From: Longimicrobiales bacterium
GTDB taxonomy: Bacteria > Gemmatimonadota > Gemmatimonadetes > Longimicrobiales > Gaopeijiaceae
Reading direction: 5' to 3'
DNA length: 64,000 nucleotides
Assembly: GCA_963422615.1 (NCBI GenBank)
Contig: OY730414.1
Coordinates: 2,340,302 to 2,404,301, forward strand
The notes below the pieces were generated by a model. The model ran no database searches. It saw nothing but the letters and a program-made list of their open reading frames with translations, and had not been told where the DNA came from. Shown here piece after piece: positions 20,738-29,340 of this stretch. Position 1 is the stretch's first letter. Each line of letters begins with the position of its first letter. The translations under genes and the position numbers were made by a program.

Positions 20738-21580
20738 TCACCCGACCTTGCAGCGCAGGAGCTGTCGATAGACTATCGCACGCAGCCATTCCACCGCGGA
20801 AAACCTAAACGGCACGCGCATGAAGAAGGCGACAAGCGCGAGAACGCTGCCGAAATACATCAGACGCCGGGCATTTTCTCTCATCAGGAAGAGCTCCGCC
20901 AAGAGATAATCCTTCCCCCCGCGGCGGGCAACGAGCTGCGTGGCGTCGGCTCTCAACAGAATCCTCTTGGAACCGAAGATTTTCTTGGAGTGGATCATCA
21001 AACGGCTCCACAGAATATAGTCTTCCATTGTTGTGGTTGGATAGCCGCCGATTTCCCGAACGACGTCGGCCCGGAACGCACAGCAATTGTGATTCACCGG
21101 GTTACGGAAGAAACTGTAGATGTTCCAATATCCGACAAATCCACTGGGCACGGACTTGATCATCCTTGTCCCGTCCTCCATGAGTTCCAGAACGGGGGCG
21201 GAGACGACGGAGATTCTAGAGTCTTCGAAGAGTCGGACCTGTTCGAAGAATCGCTCTGGAAAACTGGTATCGTCGGTATCTGCGCGGAAAATGATCTCGC
21301 CGGTACATTGGCCAAGTCCGATATTCAGACAAGCACCGAGGCCTTGTTTCTCGGAACGAACGAGCTTTAGAGGCAACGACCGTCTCCATCGATAGATGAT
21401 TTCTTCAAGCTCCTCTCTGATATCGCCGTCCAGAACCAGAACGATCTCATCGGCCGGCCAAATCTGAGCTGCCAATGAGTTGAAATAGGCATCCAGCCGC
21501 TCGGTCTTTTCGCCATCATATGTCACGGACAAAACCGACGTTTTTAGAAAACCTGTTTTATTTGATTTAGAAAGTTTTTT
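20738..21580 (-). CDS. Glycosyltransferase family 2 (AmsE-like), 5' end lost in a poly-G tract
   Basis: SVLSVTYDGEK, EIVLVLDG, GLGACLNIGL, RADTDD, NPVNH, MEDYILW; the frame stays open upstream until the G19 run. Confidence 0.8.
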   Translation of the reverse strand, partial: KKLSKSNKTGFLKTSVLSVTYDGEKTERLDAYFNSLAAQIWPADEIVLVLDGDIREELEEIIYRWRRSLPLKLVRSEKQGLGACLNIGLGQCTGEIIFRADTDDTSFPERFFEQVRLFEDSRISVVSAPVLELMEDGTRMIKSVPSGFVGYWNIYSFFRNPVNHNCCAFRADVVREIGGYPTTTMEDYILWSRLMIHSKKIFGSKRILLRADATQLVARRGGKDYLLAELFLMRENARRLMYFGSVLALVAFFMRVPFRFSAVEWLRAIVYRQLLRCKVG

Positions 21581-21599
21581 GGGGGGGGGGGGGGGGGGG
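21581..21599. repeat. Homopolymer G19 tract
   Basis: Directly visible in the sequence. Confidence 0.95.
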
Positions 21600-21934
21600 A
21601 GGGGGAAGAGAGAGATGACGAGGATCGGGATGTGTCGATGTCGTCTCCGCCGAACGGGCGGCGCGAGACGGGGACGTCCCTGCGCTGACGCCGCTTAGGC
21701 TGCTTCATGTCGTGTGCACTCCTCCTTCTCGAGGGAAAGCGGTCTTCGCCTAATCCCTTCTTTTCGCTTATCGTCTTCCAGCCCATGGTAAACTCCCTCT
21801 GCAATGGTTCATCAACAACAAGTGTAGGTAGAAGCTATCGTTCCGGCAACCTTCCCGAACCCGCTATCCTCGGAGCCGAGGTGCCCCTGCCATCCTTTGC
21901 CATTGCGATGTGGAAGTCAAGACAACGGACGCCC

Positions 21935-22111
21935 GACGGGAAGCCCTGGGAGCTTCGGGTGCGGGCCGAGGGCGGCATCGCGCGGGGGATCTACGTGACG
22001 GCGGCGGGCCGGCTGGTGGTGGTGCTGCACGTCTTCGCGAAGAAGTCGCGCAAGACGCCACGCCATGCGCTCGCGACCGCCAGGGAACGAATGAGGCAGG
22101 TGATGACATGA
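21935..22111 (+). pseudogene. RelE/HigB-like (Gp49/DUF891) toxin, C-terminal half only
   Basis: DGKPWELRV...ARGIYV...VVLHVFAKKSRKTP; no recognisable N-terminal half; ATGA overlap with the antitoxin gene. Confidence 0.8.
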
Positions 22112-22392
22112 CGAAGCTGAAGGACCTGAAGGCGCGCTTCATGGAGGAGCCCGGGTTCCGTGAGGAATACACGCGCGTCGACGAGGAGTATGCGCTCATC
22201 GAGGCGCTGGTCCGCGCCCGCGCGGCGGCGAAGCTGACGCAGGCGGAGCTTGCCCGGCGGCTCGGCACGACGCAGTCCGCGGTCGCGCGGCTGGAGGGCG
22301 GCGGGGTGTCGCCGTCCTTCGCGACCCTTCGCCGCTACGCCGAAGCAACCGGCACACGGCTGACCGTGGGACTTGTGCCGGCGGACGGCTGA
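22108..22392 (+). CDS. XRE-family HTH antitoxin (HigA-like)
   Basis: ARAAAKLTQAELARRLGTTQSAVARLEGG..SPSFATLRRYA. Confidence 0.9.
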   Translation: MTKLKDLKARFMEEPGFREEYTRVDEEYALIEALVRARAAAKLTQAELARRLGTTQSAVARLEGGGVSPSFATLRRYAEATGTRLTVGLVPADG

Positions 22393-22598
22393 GGCAGGCC
22401 GGCACGGACGACGATTGCAGTGCGGCCTGAAGCTCGGATGCCAGGGCGGCAGTTTGCCGAGGCTCGAAACGAAGTACGACGGCCCGGCCCAAAGGGATCG
22501 CCCAACAATCGGAACCGTGAATTCACGTGCCGGTGCCCCAAGGTCCCACCAACGAAAAGGGACCGGGCGGCGGCACCCACGAGAAGCAGAAGGAAGAA

Positions 22599-23615
22599 AT
22601 GAGAGATACCGCCTACTACTACCCGGCTCCCTACTGGCTGGCGAAGGAAGGGGACTGGGTCAAGTCGTTACTGCTCTTCTTCGACGAAGTGGCCATCCTG
22701 CTGCCCGACTACATGCGGGGGCGCCATCGAGACGCGGATCCGTCCCTCGCCGGACCGTTGGAAGAGCAGGGGCTCCTTCGCGTTCTGGAACCGAAGGAGT
22801 GGATCGACGCAGAAGTGGCCGAGACGCTGGCGGAGATCATGGTGGAATTGCTTGCGGGCGGAGTCTTCGACGGGTTGCCGGAGGAACGCTACTTCGCAGA
22901 ACTGTCTCAGTCGCGGATCGGCTACGGGGCGGACGCAGAGTTGGCTGGGTTTCTGGTAGATGAACTGCGACAGAGAGGTCTGGCGCGCCCCAGCGAAGAC
23001 GGCGTGTCGATCCCGCTCCACCCCATAGTGCGCACGACAATGCTGGTGATCCTGGGCCAGCTGGCGCGAAGTGTGGGAGCCCGTCGCGGGATGGCGGTGC
23101 ATCCGGCGACGGACTGTCCGAAGGCGGCTACGGACTTGGTGGACGCATTGTCCAGGGAGTCGATGCCGTCTTGTGAAGGCGTGATCAGGCTGGACTTGGA
23201 GCCGGTCACGCTGGACCTGTCGGCGATCCCGCTCGAGGAGGTGCTCCAACTCCGGGAGGACCACCGGGAAGCGCACAGAGCCTACATGCGCAGTCTCCGG
23301 GGCTTTCTCGTCGAACTCGGCCAGCTCAGCGACCCTGTGGAGCGGGAGGCGGCGATACTGGAAAGGAGGCAGGAGATCGCGGACATGGCCCACGACAACC
23401 GGCGTTCGGTCGGACGATCCGTGGGCAAAAGCCTCACGTCATGGTCTATGGGAATCGCCGGAGGGGTTTGGTCAGCGGCGACCGGCGACGTTCTGGGCGC
23501 AGCGGTGGGCGCCCTGGGGCTTGGCGCGGGCCTTGTTCCAGGGTCGGCGGACACGGTGGGCGCGTACTCGTATCTCTTTTCCGTGACCAGTGCCTTCGGA
23601 CGAAGGGCGGAGTAG
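22599..23615 (+). CDS. Hypothetical protein with a C-terminal glycine-rich hydrophobic region
   Basis: 338-aa ORF, AAGGAAG RBS; N-terminus YYYP...WVKSLLLFFD; C-terminus GIAGGVWSAATGDVLGAAVGALGLGAG. Confidence 0.75.
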   Translation: MRDTAYYYPAPYWLAKEGDWVKSLLLFFDEVAILLPDYMRGRHRDADPSLAGPLEEQGLLRVLEPKEWIDAEVAETLAEIMVELLAGGVFDGLPEERYFAELSQSRIGYGADAELAGFLVDELRQRGLARPSEDGVSIPLHPIVRTTMLVILGQLARSVGARRGMAVHPATDCPKAATDLVDALSRESMPSCEGVIRLDLEPVTLDLSAIPLEEVLQLREDHREAHRAYMRSLRGFLVELGQLSDPVEREAAILERRQEIADMAHDNRRSVGRSVGKSLTSWSMGIAGGVWSAATGDVLGAAVGALGLGAGLVPGSADTVGAYSYLFSVTSAFGRRAE

Positions 23616-23959
23616 TAACGGGTCGAGAAGGAGAAACGGGAAAGCGGGCATGCCGACGGAGACGGCGGTCCGCTGGCTGTGTTTTTCTCGGGCCAGTTGC
23701 GCCCTGAAGCGACAACCCCAACTTCGCGCTGGCCAGGATCATGGCCGCAGTCCATGAGATGTAGTGCGGGCAGCCGTCACACTCCACGGCTCGGAGGCGC
23801 GCGGGGTGTTCGGGTGTGTTGCGTGAGATTTTACCACTTCGCCGCCCGGGTCGTCGTGTTGCGATAGTGTTGACACGCTGCATGGAAGAACCAGCGCCTC
23901 GGAAATAGTCCAACAATTACGTAGGTTTACAGTCTAGGCGCTCTCCTTTCGGCGAGTTG

Positions 23960-24369
23960 GAGAACCTCGGGGTCAGCGTGATGGAGCCGGGGCGGGATTC
24001 CCGGATCAGCGCAATCGCATACCACCCCGACATCATCATCGCGAGCGATGCGGGAGCCGAACAGTTTTCTGGCGAGACCGTGCCGCTCGGTTGGCCGAAG
24101 CGAATGGCTCAAGTTGTCTCCGCGGTCATGCGCAAGGTCCAAGATGCGATCACGCAAAAGCCGGACGCATCGACAGCTTCGTCTACGTGGCTCTCGGGCA
24201 GATTGACGGTCGTGTACCTCTCAAACCCGCCAACTGGGTGGACCGCGAGGAAGTGATCCGCTACCCAACCGATTTCTCCGCGATGACCGAGGAAGGCATC
24301 CGGCGGCTCTCCGGACGCGGCAAAGCAATCACGCGCGCTTTGGTGACTTAGTATCTGCTCAGCCATTGA
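23960..24369 (+). pseudogene. Patatin-like phospholipase C-terminal remnant
   Basis: ENLGV...IIIASDAG in one frame, YPTDFSAM...LSGRG in another, and an internal TAG near 24349. Confidence 0.55.
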
Positions 24370-24580
24370 TTTCATTAGTCACTGGGTCCCGGAAGCGGTA
24401 CGGGCGCCATTGACCTGCGGGCCTTGACGAGCGGGGCGCCGTGCCCCGGGAAACCGGCTCCTTCAAATCCCAACCAAGCCGCGACAAACCTGAAATGAAA
24501 TGCCGGCGCACAAAGGCGACAAAGGACAACCCACGCCCGACAACAACGGCTAACCACCAACTCGTGTGAACAGATCGGGT

Positions 24581-25051
24581 TTAGATTCCAAATCTCCTTT
24601 CGAAACGCGTCAGAACCTGCTCCATGCGCTTCTTCAGTACCTCGTCGCGGGTTTTCGGGATCGAATCCCGAAACCTCTGCTCCACGTCAATGTCTCTCAC
24701 GAGGATCGTACCGATGAGATTAGGTGTCTTGGCCGACTTCGCCAGTTCGACGAGCAACCAGAACTCCCGAGCATTGTCGGCGATGGTCCTGATCTCGGGA
24801 ACCATGACCCTGACGTGGCCGGGAAGTGTCGAAAACTCGTCCTCAAGAGCCTTGCCCTCCGCCGTTTCCCAGAACGCCCGGCGATAGATTTTTTCCAGCT
24901 TTTTCTGTGCCTGCTTGCCGGACAGACGTAGCTCTTCTCTTCGATATCGTTCGAAGATCAATCGGCGTAGTTGTCGAACTTGAACTGGGAGGTCTTCATT
25001 GGCGACAATGGGGTCACCATGAACGGGAAGGTCCTCCAGCGGAATGTCCAC
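24581..25051 (-). CDS. Hypothetical protein
   Basis: 156-aa ORF with protein-like, charged helical composition; no family recognised. Confidence 0.55.
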   Translation of the reverse strand: MDIPLEDLPVHGDPIVANEDLPVQVRQLRRLIFERYRREELRLSGKQAQKKLEKIYRRAFWETAEGKALEDEFSTLPGHVRVMVPEIRTIADNAREFWLLVELAKSAKTPNLIGTILVRDIDVEQRFRDSIPKTRDEVLKKRMEQVLTRFERRFGI

Positions 25052-25220
25052 CGATGCAGCGATTCAATGACCCTCAGCCTTCATCCAAAGCACTGACGCC
25101 AAGGCCTGGCTCTCATCACGTTGGCCGTCAGAAACGCGGGCATCAAGCTTTCATACAATATACACATTGACGAAAGAATCCTGCAACTGGTACCTTCTAG
25201 CGTAATCCGCTCGCGGAAGC

Positions 25221-25287
25221 CCCCTCATCCCCGGCCATGGGGCCGGTACGCAGCCACTTGGGACCGATCCGTCTCCAGGTAGGGCCC
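25221..25287. repeat. 67-bp direct repeat (right boundary, within the intact mog 3' end)
   Basis: Matches 19372..19438. Confidence 0.92.
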
Positions 25288-25797
25288 CCCGATGAGGTCA
25301 ATGCAGTCGGGAACCGCGGCGAAGACGGCGTCCAGACATTCCCGAACGGCCTTGGGGGAGCCCGGGAGGTTGATGATCAAGGCCGACCCCCGCACCCCTG
25401 CCGTCTGGCGGGACAGGACGGCGGTCGGGACATGGAGACGGGAGACCGCCCGCATGGCCTCGCCGAACCCCACAAGCTCCTTGTGCACGACCGCGGCGGT
25501 CGCCTCCGGGGTAACGTCCCGGGGGGCGGGGCCCGTGCCCCCGGTGGTAATGACCAAGCAACACCCGGCCTCGTCGGCCAAGTCCGTCAGAACGCTACGG
25601 ATGAGGTCCACCTCGTCGGGTATGACTCGGGTCACCGCCTGCCACGGACTCACCAGCACCCGGGACAGATAGGTGTGCACGGCCGGACCGCCCCGGTCCT
25701 CGTATTCGCCCCGGGAAGCCCGGTCCGACACCGAGACGATGCCGATGCGGGCCGGTTTTCCACCGCCGAGAGACCCATCCCTGTTGACAACGGACAT
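25225..25797 (-). CDS. mog: Molybdopterin adenylyltransferase
   Basis: IGIVSVSDRASRGEYEDRGGP, TTGGTGPAPRDVTPEAT, LSRQTAG, INLPGSPK; AAGGAGG RBS. Confidence 0.95.
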   Translation of the reverse strand: MSVVNRDGSLGGGKPARIGIVSVSDRASRGEYEDRGGPAVHTYLSRVLVSPWQAVTRVIPDEVDLIRSVLTDLADEAGCCLVITTGGTGPAPRDVTPEATAAVVHKELVGFGEAMRAVSRLHVPTAVLSRQTAGVRGSALIINLPGSPKAVRECLDAVFAAVPDCIDLIGGPYLETDRSQVAAYRPHGRG

Positions 25798-25810
25798 GTT
25801 CATCCCTCCT

Positions 25811-26878
25811 TCAGGTCGCTCCCGCGAGCCGCCGGGCATACCAGCGCACCCACCCGTTGGACACCCCGAAGGCCGAGGCTCGGCGCGTGATCGCCTTCAC
25901 GTCCCGGCGGGTGATTTTCACCTCGCCTTCAAGCACATCCGGGTTCTGGCGACTGGCGGCCAGGGTCTTCGTCCCGAAGAAGAGGGGCAGCAGACAGAAC
26001 AGACGGATCCGGGCCTGGCTGCGGGGCAGACGCGTCACATAAGCCCCAGCCGCCTTGAAGTGGCCTTCGGCCTTGGCAATCAGGGCCGCCAGCGCATCCA
26101 TGGCCGCCTTCCGGCCCTCTGGAACGAAGAGGGACCGGGGCTCCATCCCGTCGGGCAAGTAGCTCCGGGGCACGAAGATCCACCCCCGGTCCCGGTCCGT
26201 GCTCAGGCCCCGAATGACGTTGACCGTCTGGAGGGCAAGCCCGAATTCCCGCCCCAACACCATCAGCCCCCCGCGCCGCTGCCGGATCCGGCGCGAACGA
26301 AGAGCGAACAAGTCGGTTAGCAGGTGCCCGACCCGACCCGCGACTTCGTGCATGTAGTCGTCCAGATCAACCTCGTCGTCAAAGCGGGGACCGCGCTCCA
26401 CCCACCGGGCCATTCCCAGTGTCGCCTGCCCCGCGTGGTCGCTGATGACGGCCCGGGCCGCCCCGTTCAGCCCGGCCAACCCCTCCAGAATCTCGCCCGC
26501 GCGGCGGGCAGCCGCGGCGTCCGGCACCGGGTCCCACCGAGCCTCCCGCTCCAGCCCGGCAACGAACTCGGGAAGATCGGCACGGTGGTGGAGAACCGCA
26601 TGCCAGAGCCTCAGGAGTCGGGCCTTCTGCCCCTCCCTCATGATCCGGTTGTCCTCCAGATAATCCGACACCCGAAGGACCAGATAGGCCACGCGAACCT
26701 GGTCCCGCAGGGGTGGGCGCAGCAGTTCAATCCCCAATGAAAAGGTACGGCTGGTCGTTCGCAGAAGCCGCCTCAGGCCCGGACGCTCGCCCTTGGCGCC
26801 CACAGCCCGCGCGCGGGAAATCCCGTCCTCGGGGTTTCGGCGTGCACCGTCTTTTAGGGAGCCCGTATTCGACAACAT
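25811..26878 (-). CDS. Squalene/phytoene synthase family protein
   Basis: SRTFSLGI, YLVLRVSDYLEDN, YMHEVAGRVG, FGLALQTVNVIR; start uncertain. Confidence 0.85.
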   Translation of the reverse strand: MLSNTGSLKDGARRNPEDGISRARAVGAKGERPGLRRLLRTTSRTFSLGIELLRPPLRDQVRVAYLVLRVSDYLEDNRIMREGQKARLLRLWHAVLHHRADLPEFVAGLEREARWDPVPDAAAARRAGEILEGLAGLNGAARAVISDHAGQATLGMARWVERGPRFDDEVDLDDYMHEVAGRVGHLLTDLFALRSRRIRQRRGGLMVLGREFGLALQTVNVIRGLSTDRDRGWIFVPRSYLPDGMEPRSLFVPEGRKAAMDALAALIAKAEGHFKAAGAYVTRLPRSQARIRLFCLLPLFFGTKTLAASRQNPDVLEGEVKITRRDVKAITRRASAFGVSNGWVRWYARRLAGAT

Positions 26879-26979
26879 GACAAAGGGGTTACAGTTAATC
26901 TTGACTATTCGCGACAATGGCCCGTCGCCCTCAAGCGCGGCGTGATCTCGCAATCCGGGAAGACCATCGGCCCGACCCC

Positions 26980-27408
26980 ATGACGAACCATAGGAACCAC
27001 GACACTGTAAGGAACATCCGCCCGGGCGGCGAATCCGGACCGGGACGGCGGGACGCGCCCTCGCAACGAGATGCCCTTCCCAACAGCTACGACGGGCTCC
27101 GGCTCCTCCAAGAAGAGTTCCGGCGATACCAGGTCGCAGCCTTCCCATTCCGCCCTTCCCGGTTTTTCGCCCTGGAGCTCGCCGGAGAGACGGGGGAGCT
27201 CGCCAACCTGGAAAAGAAAGCGTGGAAGGGCAGGCATGTCCCGGAGGAAGACTTCGCCGATGAATCCGCCGACGTGTGCATCGCCCTGCTGAACTTCGCC
27301 AACAGCCGGGACATCGACTTGGCGCACGCGGTGGAGGAGAAGATGCGACGCATCGACCGGCGGCGTCGAGCGGGGCCGGAGACGTCGGAGAATCCCGGAG
27401 ACGCATGA
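26980..27408 (+). CDS. MazG-like nucleoside triphosphate pyrophosphohydrolase
   Basis: LELAGETGELANLEKK...ADESADV; ATGA-coupled to folE2. Confidence 0.82.
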   Translation: MTNHRNHDTVRNIRPGGESGPGRRDAPSQRDALPNSYDGLRLLQEEFRRYQVAAFPFRPSRFFALELAGETGELANLEKKAWKGRHVPEEDFADESADVCIALLNFANSRDIDLAHAVEEKMRRIDRRRRAGPETSENPGDA

Positions 27409-28262
27409 CTTCACCGGAAGGAACCCCCCTGGCCGATGTCCAGGCCACCCCGGACGAACGACGGGTCCCCATCGCCAACGTGGGAGTCAAGAACATCCGC
27501 TACCCCATCGCGGTGAAGGACCGGCAGAAATCCGCCCAGCACACGGTCGGCACCATCGACATGTCGGTGGACCTTCCCCACCAGTTCAAGGGAACCCACA
27601 TGAGCCGGTTCATGGAGATCCTCAACTCCCACGATGGGGAGATCTCCGTGCACGCCCTGCCCGCCCTTCTTCGCACCATGCGGAAGCGCCTCAACGCCGA
27701 AATCGCCCGCTTCCGCGTGTCTTTCCCCTATTTCATGGAGAAGAACGCCCCGGTTACGGGAGCCGCAGGCCTTCTGTCCTACGCGTGTTCCTTCGACGCG
27801 TCGAGCGGAGCTACAGACGACTTCGTGCTGACGGTCGAGGTCCCGGTCACGACCCTCTGCCCGTGCTCCCGGGAAATCAGCGCCCGGGGCGCCCACAATC
27901 AACGGAGCAAGGTCACCGTGCAAACTCGCTTCACAGGAGAGCTGTGGATCGAAGAGCTGGTGGCCCTGGTGGAGGCTTCGGCCTCCTGCGGCCTGTATCC
28001 CGTCCTCAAGCGAGCGGACGAAAAGTGGGTGACGGAGCAAGCCTACGACAACCCCCGGTTCGTGGAAGACCTGGTCCGGGAGATCACGATCCGGCTGCGG
28101 GCCAGGAAAAGGATCACCTGGTTCAAGGTCCACGTGGTCAACTTCGAGTCGATACACGAACACGACGCCTACGCTCACGTTGAGGAGGGCGACCCCTCGG
28201 CGCACCGAAGGACCCGGAGAACCGATTCCGCAGGCCAGGCTTCGCTGAAGCTGAAGGGGTAA
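27405..28262 (+). CDS. folE2: GTP cyclohydrolase IB (FolE2)
   Basis: KGTHMSRF, TTLCPCS, GAHNQRS, KRADEK, NPRFVED, ESIH. Confidence 0.95.
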   Translation: MTSPEGTPLADVQATPDERRVPIANVGVKNIRYPIAVKDRQKSAQHTVGTIDMSVDLPHQFKGTHMSRFMEILNSHDGEISVHALPALLRTMRKRLNAEIARFRVSFPYFMEKNAPVTGAAGLLSYACSFDASSGATDDFVLTVEVPVTTLCPCSREISARGAHNQRSKVTVQTRFTGELWIEELVALVEASASCGLYPVLKRADEKWVTEQAYDNPRFVEDLVREITIRLRARKRITWFKVHVVNFESIHEHDAYAHVEEGDPSAHRRTRRTDSAGQASLKLKG

Positions 28263-28382
28263 GCGCCAAGCGAGGAGAACAGAAACGGAGGAACCGGAAG
28301 CGGGTCTTCCGGCATGTCCAGGATTCCGACGCCCTCCGACGCCCCTTGAAGGGATGGACCCGGCGGATGCCGCCCCGTGCCG

Positions 28383-28625
28383 TTACCCGCCGTACCTGCG
28401 CTGGAAGCGCTCGACTCGTCCCGCGCTGTCCAGGAGGCGTTGCGTGCCCGTGTAGAACGGATGCGACGAGGATGAGATCTCCATGGTGAGAAGCGGGTAC
28501 TCCTTCCCGTCCTCCCACTGGATGGTCCGCTTCGTCTTGACCGTGGAGCGAGTCAGGAAGGCGTAACCCGTGGATACATCTTGGAAGACGACGGGCCGGT
28601 ACTTGGGATGGAGATCTTTCTTCAC
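28383..28625 (-). CDS. rpmE2: 50S ribosomal protein L31 type B
   Basis: [16 protein letters not shown]...[15 protein letters not shown] at 28625; no Cys. Confidence 0.95.
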   Translation of the reverse strand: MKKDLHPKYRPVVFQDVSTGYAFLTRSTVKTKRTIQWEDGKEYPLLTMEISSSSHPFYTGTQRLLDSAGRVERFQRRYGG

Positions 28626-28746
28626 GTTCGGTGTTCCTTGAGAATGCTTTCGCTGGGTAGCGGTCCCGGGGCCGACGGCCGCCGGACAGGACACCGACGG
28701 ACGGAAACAGGGCCCACGGCATCCGATGTCATACGTTCGCTTATGA

Positions 28747-28787
28747 AGCTTAAGGTCACTGGACGAAACGGGTCAACGGGCTATATT
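28747..28787. promoter_or_regulatory. Candidate overlapping divergent sigma70 promoters for rpmE2 and rpmG-rpmB
   Basis: Minus strand TTGACC-N18-TAAGCT; plus strand TGGACG-N16-TATATT; AT-rich patch in the divergent intergenic region. Confidence 0.4.
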
Positions 28788-28899
28788 ATTTGGCCGTGCC
28801 TGCGATCAGGTTCGCCCGCGGCGGAAAATCGTTCATCCATGAAGCACGAGTCGTGTGCGTTGAGCTGTCTTTGGAAGCTCGCAGCCTGAGGGAGGAATC

Positions 28900-29073
28900 A
28901 TGGCGAAGAAATCGGGCAAGGGGGGTCCTCGGATCACCATCAAGATGTCCAGCACCGAGAGCTCCTATCGCTTCACCACCACCAAAAACAAGCGGAACCA
29001 CCCCCAGCGGCTGGAGCTCAGGCGGTACGATCCTGTCCTCCGCCGCCATGTCCTTTTCAAGGAAGAAAAGTAG
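28900..29073 (+). CDS. rpmG: 50S ribosomal protein L33 (57 aa, absent from the ORF track)
   Basis: Manual translation [65 protein letters not shown]; no Cys. Confidence 0.95.
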   Translation: MAKKSGKGGPRITIKMSSTESSYRFTTTKNKRNHPQRLELRRYDPVLRRHVLFKEEK

Positions 29074-29100
29074 GCGTCGGGGTACGACGGGAGGATTACG

Positions 29101-29340
29101 ATGTCTCGGAAGTGCGACATCACAGGGAAACGGCCCTTGACCGGGTACAACGTCTCCCACGCTCACAACAAGACCAAGAAGCGACAGTTACCGAACCTTC
29201 AGAAGAAACGAATCTTTGTGCCCGAGCTGGGAAAGTCGGTTCGGATCAAGGTTTCCACCTCTGCGCTGCGGTCAATCGACAAGATGGGGTTGCAGGCATT
29301 CCTGCGGAAGAACGGGCTCGCCCTCCAAGACGTAACCTGA
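29101..29340 (+). CDS. rpmB: 50S ribosomal protein L28
   Basis: MSRKCDITGKRPLTGYNVSHAHNKTKKRQLPNLQ. Confidence 0.97.
   Translation: MSRKCDITGKRPLTGYNVSHAHNKTKKRQLPNLQKKRIFVPELGKSVRIKVSTSALRSIDKMGLQAFLRKNGLALQDVT

Larger units (their letters stand above)
19372..25287. mobile_element. Decayed genomic island inserted at the 3' end of mog
   Basis: Flanking 67-bp direct repeats; cargo of truncated defence and TA genes; patches visibly more AT-rich; no integrase recognised. Confidence 0.75.
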
